Of a stretch of 32,000 nt of DNA, positions 25,918 to 32,000 are shown one piece after another (position 1 is the stretch's first letter; every line of letters begins with the position of its first letter). The notes under the pieces are model-generated. The model saw only the letters and a program-made list of their open reading frames with translations, did no database searches and was not told the DNA's origin. The position numbers and the translations under genes are program-made. The stretch comes from Massilicoli timonensis (lineage in GTDB: Bacteria > Bacillota_I > Bacilli_A > Erysipelotrichales > Erysipelotrichaceae): NCBI RefSeq assembly GCF_900199515.1, contig NZ_LT963434.1, forward strand, positions 1,383,272 to 1,415,271, in the 5' to 3' direction.

Positions 25918-28258
25918 GCTTTACGCGATCTCTTTCTTCAGCCGCCTTGGAATCATTGAAACGGTCAAGTGTACCTACTAAATAGCCGGTAATACGTCTG
26001 ATCTTTTCAAATTTCATTTCGCTCTTGTATTCATCACGGCCGCATTTCGGGCATACATGTCCTTCGATCACTCCGCTGTATCCGCAGACCGGATCACGAT
26101 CCACCGGATGATTGATGCTGCCATAGCCGACGCCGGCTTCTTTCATACATCTTACGATTGCTTCAAATGCTTCCAAGTTGTTGCATGGATCGCCGTCCAC
26201 CTCTACATAGGAAATATGACCGGCATTGGTAAAGGCATGATATGGTGCTTCTCGTTCGATCTTTTCAAAGGCGCCGATGTGATAGTAAACCGGTACATGG
26301 AAGCTGTTGGTATAATATTCACGATCGGTAACGCCCGGAACCACACCGTAAAGTTTTTTATCAATGCGCGTAAAGCGTCCGGATAATCCTTCTGCCGGAG
26401 TGGCGATCAAAGAGAAATTGAGATGATACTGATTCATCGCCTCATCCATGCGATCACGCATATGACCGATGATCTTTAAGCCTAAAGCCTGCGCTTCATC
26501 ACTTTCTCCGTGATGTTTTCCAATCAGCGCTTTCAAGCATTCCGCTAAGCCGATAAAGCCAACGGTAAGAGTACCTTGCTTGATCACTTCTTCTAACGTA
26601 TCATTCCAGTTTAACTTATCAGCGCCGAGCCATACACCCTGTCCCATTAAGAACGGGAAGTTTTTCACTTTCTTTTGTCCCTGGATCGCCATACGCTCTA
26701 ATAACTGCTGAATGACAGAATCGATTTTCTCATCTAATTCCTGGAAGAAACCGGCTTCATCGAATTTACCGTTTAATGCCACACCGTGCTTTAAGCCTAA
26801 ACGCGGAAGGTTAATGGAAGTAAAGGACAAATTGCCTCGTCCGGTTACGATTTCCGGTCCGCAGCAGTTGCTGATCACACGCGTACGGCATCCCATATAA
26901 GTCGCTTCCGTATCCGGATCTCCTTCCTTATAATATTGCAAATTGAACGGTGCATCCAAGAAAGAAAAGTTCGGGAACAAACGCTTTGCGGAAACGCGGC
27001 AGCTTAACTTGAACAAGTCATAGTTTGGATCGCCTTCATTGTAATTGACGCCTTCTTTTACTTTGAAGATCAAGATCGGGAAGATCGGTGTTTCCCCATT
27101 GCCCAGACCTGCTTCCTGTGCTAATAACAGATTTTTCGATACCATACGACCTTCACTGCTGGTATCGGTGCCGAAGTTGATGCTGCTGAAAGGAACCTGT
27201 GCGCCGGCACGAGAGTGCATCGTATTCAAATTATGGATAAAGCCTTCCATTGACTGGAATGTCTTTTTATCAGTGTCTTTCAAAGCATTGCGATAAGCAA
27301 ATTCCTCGATCAGATCCATTTGTTTATTGCCGATATGATAGGTATCGTGCAAGAAAGTACGCTGCTTTTCTAAATATTCCTGTTTCATATCGATTTCCGG
27401 CTGCATGCCCCATGCTTTGATTTGGTTTTCTAAGCTATCCTTCAGATCGATTTCATCATCGACCAGCACTTCCAAAGCACGGCTTAAATTGCGGATATAT
27501 TCGCGTTTGAAGGTTTTGCGTACGCCCGGTGCCAAATAGTAGTCAAAGGATGGAATGCTCTGTCCGCCATGCTGATCATTTTGATCGCTTTGGATCGCAA
27601 TCGCCGCTAATGCCCCATAGCTTAAAATATCCTGCGGTTCACGCAGATGACCGTGTCCTGTTGAGAAACCGCCGTTAAATAATTTATTCAGATCGATCTG
27701 ACAGCAGGTCAAAGTACCCATATTCATAAAGTCCATATCATGAATATGAATGTCGCCGTTTTCGTGCATTTTCGCATGCAGCGGATTCATGACTTCATTC
27801 ATACAGAATTCTTTAGAAATGGCGCTGCCGTATTGCAGCATCGTACCCATTGCGGTATTACCGTCAATATTGGCGTTTTCACGCTTGACATCGCCGTCCT
27901 CACCATCGGCATCCGCATATGTGATCTGTCCGATCGCTTTCATGATGCGGGATTTGGAGTTACGGATTCGAGAACGCTGATCACGATACAAAATGTATGC
28001 CTCTGCGGTTTTCGCATGTCCTTCTTCGATCAGCACTTTAATGACCGCATCCTGAATATCCTCTACATTAGGGGTCGCGTCAAAGTGTGATTCAAGATAA
28101 TGAATGACCTTAGTCGTCAAAAGTTCGGCAGTTGTGTAGTCCGCTTCCTTTCCTTCCTGCGATGCTACGCTGTTGGCTGCTAAATAAATGGCCCGTGTAA
28201 TTTTTTCCGGGGTGAAATGGATTTCGCGTCCATCTCTTTTTTGGATCATCGTAATCAT
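25910..28258 (-). CDS. nrdD: anaerobic (class III) ribonucleoside-triphosphate reductase
   Basis: 782-aa ORF. It has an N-terminal ATP-cone (IQKRDGREIHFTPEKI), the thiyl loop YMGCRTRV, a C-terminal Zn ribbon CGYSG...CPKCG and the glycyl-radical motif RRITGYLV. Confidence 0.96.
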   Translation of the reverse strand: MITMIQKRDGREIHFTPEKITRAIYLAANSVASQEGKEADYTTAELLTTKVIHYLESHFDATPNVEDIQDAVIKVLIEEGHAKTAEAYILYRDQRSRIRNSKSRIMKAIGQITYADADGEDGDVKRENANIDGNTAMGTMLQYGSAISKEFCMNEVMNPLHAKMHENGDIHIHDMDFMNMGTLTCCQIDLNKLFNGGFSTGHGHLREPQDILSYGALAAIAIQSDQNDQHGGQSIPSFDYYLAPGVRKTFKREYIRNLSRALEVLVDDEIDLKDSLENQIKAWGMQPEIDMKQEYLEKQRTFLHDTYHIGNKQMDLIEEFAYRNALKDTDKKTFQSMEGFIHNLNTMHSRAGAQVPFSSINFGTDTSSEGRMVSKNLLLAQEAGLGNGETPIFPILIFKVKEGVNYNEGDPNYDLFKLSCRVSAKRLFPNFSFLDAPFNLQYYKEGDPDTEATYMGCRTRVISNCCGPEIVTGRGNLSFTSINLPRLGLKHGVALNGKFDEAGFFQELDEKIDSVIQQLLERMAIQGQKKVKNFPFLMGQGVWLGADKLNWNDTLEEVIKQGTLTVGFIGLAECLKALIGKHHGESDEAQALGLKIIGHMRDRMDEAMNQYHLNFSLIATPAEGLSGRFTRIDKKLYGVVPGVTDREYYTNSFHVPVYYHIGAFEKIEREAPYHAFTNAGHISYVEVDGDPCNNLEAFEAIVRCMKEAGVGYGSINHPVDRDPVCGYSGVIEGHVCPKCGRDEYKSEMKFEKIRRITGYLVGTLDRFNDSKAAEERDRVKHA

Positions 28259-28496
28259 AATTCTCTTCCTTTCTTAGTTGATCATTTTGCCTGTTTTCAG
28301 AATCGGTTTTCTTCTTGCACAAACAGGTATATTTTAACGAAATTCATATTTGATTTCCAGTAGGAAACTTCATTTTCAAAAATTTTACAATTTTCTCCTA
28401 CAATGTGTTGGATGAAATGAAGGCAGAAACCTTCGCTTTGTGAAAAGATCGCTTCTTTGATTGTTCAGATATGTTTTCAGTAAAGAAACTATCATT

Positions 28497-30383
28497 TCAT
28501 TGTGTGGATAAAGATAATTGAAAATACGGAAGCCGATAGTGTTTCAATACCTTTTTTACCAATAGCTCCAGTATTTCGGTATCCGTCTGCGGATCCTCTA
28601 AATGGATCGTGAATAAAGGGCCGGCAGTAAAGAGCGGCTGTAATGTGTTTGCCAGATCCATCTGCTCAAAGAGGTCGGAAGGCGGATGAGGAGGCAGAAA
28701 GACGCCGGCGCTGTAGACATCGCTTGCATGCATGTCCTTTTCCATTTGCGGATAACGGCTGCGATCGCTTTTCGCAAAGCGCTGAAGACAGGTCGATTGC
28801 ATTGTTTCCGCCAGATTAAAAGCGCATCCATACTGCTTTTGATAACCGATCAGCTTTACGCGCATATGGGTCAATACAGCTTTCGCAAACGCCTGTGTTT
28901 TCTCGTGCAATAAATCTTGCTTCAGCCAGTTCGCATAAATACCGGCTTCATTCATCCCGACGATGCCGATCGTGGCAAAATGGTTCGCAAAGCTGTGCAG
29001 GTAGCGTTTGGTATAAGGATATAAGCCTGCTTCCATGAGTTTGTCTAATACACTGCGCTTCATTTGCAAAGCGCGTGCCGCCAGATCCATCTGCTTATCT
29101 AACTTCACATAGAAATCCGTTTCATCTTCCGCCAAATAAGCGATGCGCGGCAGATTGATCGTAACCGTTCCGATCGAGCCGCTGTGCACAGCGCTGAGTT
29201 GTTCGCCGGCTGCGTGAGAAAGCTGATTTGCACTAGCTTGATGAACGTTCATGCCTTGCCAAAGCGCCTTTATATCTGCATTTTGTTCATTGATCAAACG
29301 CGGTGTGCCGCATTCTTTGATCAGCTGAAACAGCAGCTGTTTGTTTGGGTGATCGCTTGTTAGGATGGCTTCTGCCGGATAAAAAGGAATCGGATAGCGG
29401 AACGGGTTTTGCTTGCCGTCTTTTTTTAACAATACACTGAAAAATGCCTGATTGATCAGATCCATTTCCTTTTGACATTCTCCATAAGTAAACGCGGCAC
29501 AAACCCCACCGACAATCGCTCTTCGATCGGCAAGATGTTTTGGCACATGCCAGTCAAACGCAATATGGATATCGGGAAGTCGTGCGCCCCATCGGCTTGG
29601 TGCATTGATGCCGTAGATCAATGCTTCCATCGCATTTTTCACTTCTTCAAAGGAAAGCTGTTCCCATTTTACAAAGGGCGCTAAATAGGTGTCAAAGGAA
29701 AGCATGGACTGTGTGCCTGCCCATTCGTTCTGCATGATGCCTAAAAAGGTATGCAGCTGATTGCAAAGAGTAAACAAATGACGAGCCGGTTTGGCACTCG
29801 CTTCACTGTAAAGCCCATCTAAACCTTCCTCGATCAACTGCTTCGGCGACCAGCCTGCGCTTACTGCACTCAGCATGGATAAATCGTGAATATGCAGATC
29901 TGCGTTTCGATGCGCCTCGGCGATTTCTTCATCATACACCTCATAAAGCCAGTAATTTCTGCTGATCGCAGCGCTGTTGCTGAAAATCAGACCTCCCATT
30001 GAAAAAGGAGCGGTGGCGTCGTTGTGTGTCAGCGCGCTTTTATCCTTTACATAGCTGTCGATCATCTCTTTGTGGTCGAGCAGCGTCGATTTCATATCGC
30101 GTACTTTTTCTCTTTGCTTACGGTAAAGAATATAAGCCTTGGCAACTTCGTGATAGCCGGACTGGATCAATATGGACTCTACACTGTCCTGGATATCCTC
30201 GACCTGAACGGCGTTGCTTTTGATCTTGCTGTCGAAATCAGCAGTTACCCGCAGCGCCAAAAGATCAATGACCGAAGGATGGATGCTGGTGCCGGTTGCC
30301 TGAAAAGCCTTTTGGATGGCAGCGGTAATTTTGGCAATATCAAACGCCGCTTTCTTGCCGTCACGCTTCATTACTTCATACAC
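28497..30383 (-). CDS. NrdD-like protein with ATP-cone but no Zn-ribbon/glycyl-radical domain (probably catalytically inactive paralog)
   Basis: 628-aa ORF collinear with NrdD: VMKRDGKKAAFDIAKI, ADLHIHDL, SFDTYLAP, TVTINLPR. It ends at ...LPYFQLSLSTQ, before the Zn-ribbon/RxxGY region. The start is GTG 30383 or ATG 30371; the latter overlaps the upstream stop as TAATG. Confidence 0.8.
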   Translation of the reverse strand: MYEVMKRDGKKAAFDIAKITAAIQKAFQATGTSIHPSVIDLLALRVTADFDSKIKSNAVQVEDIQDSVESILIQSGYHEVAKAYILYRKQREKVRDMKSTLLDHKEMIDSYVKDKSALTHNDATAPFSMGGLIFSNSAAISRNYWLYEVYDEEIAEAHRNADLHIHDLSMLSAVSAGWSPKQLIEEGLDGLYSEASAKPARHLFTLCNQLHTFLGIMQNEWAGTQSMLSFDTYLAPFVKWEQLSFEEVKNAMEALIYGINAPSRWGARLPDIHIAFDWHVPKHLADRRAIVGGVCAAFTYGECQKEMDLINQAFFSVLLKKDGKQNPFRYPIPFYPAEAILTSDHPNKQLLFQLIKECGTPRLINEQNADIKALWQGMNVHQASANQLSHAAGEQLSAVHSGSIGTVTINLPRIAYLAEDETDFYVKLDKQMDLAARALQMKRSVLDKLMEAGLYPYTKRYLHSFANHFATIGIVGMNEAGIYANWLKQDLLHEKTQAFAKAVLTHMRVKLIGYQKQYGCAFNLAETMQSTCLQRFAKSDRSRYPQMEKDMHASDVYSAGVFLPPHPPSDLFEQMDLANTLQPLFTAGPLFTIHLEDPQTDTEILELLVKKVLKHYRLPYFQLSLSTQ

Positions 30384-31528
30384 ATGCCGTCACGCTCCTT
30401 TCCTTCTTTGATCTGCACACAAGCGACACTTTCCGCAAGAATTGCCTGAAAGGTGCGCATCGTATCCATATTGACCGGATGCAGACCGGATTGGATGATC
30501 TGCCCATTGTCCTCAAATACCTGCAATACACATTTCTTGGCACCGCGCAGTAGTTCTTTCATTTCCAGCAGATCGCTTTTTTCATGCAGTTCTTTGACGA
30601 TCGTCGTACGAAACTCATAGGGGACGAGTCCCTGCTTCAAAAAATCAATGCTTTCTTGGATCAAATGAAAATCAAGATCATCAATGCCGGCGCTTTCCCC
30701 ATAGCGTGTCCACCCGTTCTTAACATCCATCGCCACATAATCGACATAACCGTTTCTAACCAGCTCTTTCAAATAAGCGGGATATGCGCCGTTTGTATCT
30801 AATTTGATCCGGTAGCCGAGATCATGCAGCTTGCTTAAAAACGGCCGCAGCTCGTGCATCAGCGGTTCCCCGCCGCTTAAAGTGACGCAGTCGATCAGAC
30901 CTGCTCGTTTGCTTAAATAAGAGAAGATCGTATCGCCGCTGATTTCATTTTGACCTTCGCTTACATAGACGAGGTTGCTGTTTTTACAGAACGGACAGCG
31001 AAAATTACAGCCGCCGGTATAAAGAACACAGGCAAGATTGCCGGGATAGTCGCGAAATGACACCTTCTGCATCTCAAAGAGCTTAAGCGATCCTCTCTTT
31101 ACATCATCAAAGCTGCGTGCATTTTCACAAAGCTTCGATTGAATGCGGGAAAAAGCAGTGATATCCGCCTCCTCCATGTCTTGCGTCAAATGCTCCCACC
31201 AGTCTTTTCTTACCATATAAAGCTGGGCGATCATTCCTTTGGTTTGATCGGTCGTATATAAACGCTTTACACGCTTATCCGCTTCGTCACTTGCCATTGC
31301 GACATAATTGCTCTGCATGAGCTTCTGTATGCTTTTGGTGATCGTTCCCTTGTCATAGCCGCACATATCTGCTAAGCGATTCATCGCGATGCCTTCATGT
31401 TCATAAATCTGAATCAGGATCGGCAAATGAGAGAAATTGATGTCATAGGCTTCCAGACATTTGTCATAATACTTTTGGGTGCAGCGATATAAGATCGAGG
31501 TATCCATTAAAATATCACTGTCTTTCAT
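30371..31528 (-). CDS. MarR-family winged-HTH fused to an NrdG-type radical-SAM activase
   Basis: I prefer ATG 31528 (MKDSDILMDTS...), 8 nt after AGGAGGA; the ORF track starts at 31582. The N-terminal MarR pattern is LPILIQIYEHEGIAMNRLADMCGYDKGTITKSIQKLMQSNYV...DKRVKRLYTT. The C-terminal half carries YPGNLACVLYTGGCNFRCPFCKN and LSGGEPL. Confidence 0.8.
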   Translation of the reverse strand: MKDSDILMDTSILYRCTQKYYDKCLEAYDINFSHLPILIQIYEHEGIAMNRLADMCGYDKGTITKSIQKLMQSNYVAMASDEADKRVKRLYTTDQTKGMIAQLYMVRKDWWEHLTQDMEEADITAFSRIQSKLCENARSFDDVKRGSLKLFEMQKVSFRDYPGNLACVLYTGGCNFRCPFCKNSNLVYVSEGQNEISGDTIFSYLSKRAGLIDCVTLSGGEPLMHELRPFLSKLHDLGYRIKLDTNGAYPAYLKELVRNGYVDYVAMDVKNGWTRYGESAGIDDLDFHLIQESIDFLKQGLVPYEFRTTIVKELHEKSDLLEMKELLRGAKKCVLQVFEDNGQIIQSGLHPVNMDTMRTFQAILAESVACVQIKEGKERDGMCMK

Positions 31529-31553
31529 CTGTCGAATCCTCCTGTCTTTTACT

Positions 31554-31586
31554 ATGATAGCACTAGATAGTTGAACATTCAACTAT
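31554..31586 (-). promoter_or_regulatory. promoter with overlapping 9+9 inverted repeat (candidate MarR operator)
   Basis: On the minus strand: TTGAAT (31577-31582), a 17-nt spacer, then TATCAT (31554-31559). The inverted repeat ATAGTTGAA-CA-TTCAACTAT (31567-31586) covers the -35 and the spacer. Confidence 0.55.
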
Positions 31587-31675
31587 TTATCTGCATGTAA
31601 ATGATTTTCATTTGTTTGTCATCACTTTTCTGCTCGTGAAGGCATCGTTTTTTAATGGTTTTGAAACGATTTTGC

Positions 31676-31704
31676 ATAGAAAAAGCCGTTTTGTGTACGG
31701 CTTT
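31676..31704 (-). terminator. intrinsic terminator after rsmI
   Basis: Stem AAAGCCGT/ACGGCTTT (31682-31689 / 31697-31704) is followed on the minus strand by TTCTATG. Confidence 0.6.
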
Positions 31705-31723
31705 CCTTTCACATGCTATTTGA

Positions 31724-32000
31724 TCAAGACCACTCATTCAAATAATGCTTATAGACTTCGTTTTTTGCGATCCCAAATTCTTTGGCAACACGCTTGATCG
31801 CATCTTTTGCCGATAATCCTTCTTCCAGATAGCGAGAGATCTGATCGTTTAATATCGCGCTGTCGATTGCTTTTTCTTTCTTTTCTAAACAGCCTTCCAT
31901 GACGATGACCATTTCCCCTTTGCATTCTTTCGCTGCCTCCAGCACCTCTGAGATCCTTCCCCGTAAAAATTCTTCATGCCGCTTCGTTAATTCCCGTGCT
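31724..32000 (-). CDS. rsmI: 16S rRNA (cytidine1402-2'-O)-methyltransferase RsmI, C-terminal part (gene continues past the right edge)
   Basis: The frame is open to the window edge. It reads ...ARELTKRHEEFLRGRISEVLEAAKECKGEMVIVMEG...LSAKDAIKRVAKEFGIAKNEVYKHY, matching the RsmI/YabC C-terminus from memory. Confidence 0.75.
   Translation of the reverse strand, partial: ARELTKRHEEFLRGRISEVLEAAKECKGEMVIVMEGCLEKKEKAIDSAILNDQISRYLEEGLSAKDAIKRVAKEFGIAKNEVYKHYLNEWS

Noticed and set aside
28110-28322. 70-aa minus-strand ORF overlapping the nrdD start
   Set aside because: It is out of frame with nrdD and spans the nrdD RBS and 5' UTR. It has no RBS of its own.
28393-28408. Possible NrdR box upstream of nrdD (TTCTCCTACAATGTGT)
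   Set aside because: Only the right half resembles the NrdR palindrome. There is no left half and no second box at the expected spacing of about 31 bp.
30355-30395. 12-nt direct repeat TGCCGTCACGCT (30355-30366 and 30384-30395) at the activase/NrdD-like gene junction
   Set aside because: It encodes RDG in both proteins (ERDGM and KRDGK), and the second copy is the conserved ATP-cone KRDG motif. This is probably coincidence or a small junction duplication, and I have no evidence for a functional element.
31612-31797. 61-aa plus-strand ORF
   Set aside because: It runs through the rsmI terminator and antisense into rsmI. It has no RBS.
1-32000. CRISPR arrays, rRNA/tRNA genes, IS elements, prophage or defence-system genes
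   Set aside because: I looked for regularly spaced repeats, cloverleaf-like GC-rich intergenic segments and transposase- or nuclease-like ORFs on both strands. None was seen; every sizeable ORF is accounted for above.

Overview
This window is the chromosomal replication-origin neighbourhood of a low/moderate-GC Bacillota (Firmicutes) genome; I cannot assign a genus from sequence alone.

**Left arm (minus strand):** serS (partial, behind a T-box leader), gyrA, gyrB, recF and yaaA. A three-gene insertion follows (GNAT acetyltransferase, NagA-like amidohydrolase, small PH-like protein), then dnaN and dnaA.

**Origin:** oriC is bipartite. A DnaA-box cluster plus about 0.5 kb of AT-rich DNA lies upstream of dnaA. 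Tandem DnaA boxes next to TAA trios lie between dnaA and dnaN.

**Right arm (plus strand):** rpmH, rnpA, yidC and jag come first. Next is an AT-rich lipoprotein gene bracketed by two copies of an approximately 80-nt terminator module, then a membrane-anchored XRE regulator. A six-gene aromatic amino-acid operon follows (aroB-aroC-aroF-aroF'-aroA-tyrA). It is preceded by a promoter, a 14-codon Phe/Tyr-rich leader ORF (FFYFYF) and an intrinsic terminator. A DUF1848-like Cys-rich protein closes this arm.

**Right end (minus strand):** an unannotated 45-aa membrane peptide and a canonical nrdD-nrdG pair. Upstream of them is the most unusual feature, a translationally coupled gene pair:
- a MarR-HTH::NrdG-type radical-SAM fusion;
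- an NrdD paralog that keeps the ATP-cone and core but lacks the Zn-ribbon/glycyl-radical C-terminus and, by my by-eye alignment, the catalytic cysteines.

A 9+9 inverted repeat overlaps the promoter of this pair. rsmI (partial) ends the window.

I saw no rRNA, tRNA, CRISPR array, transposase or integrase. GATC looks several-fold over-represented in the samples I counted by hand.
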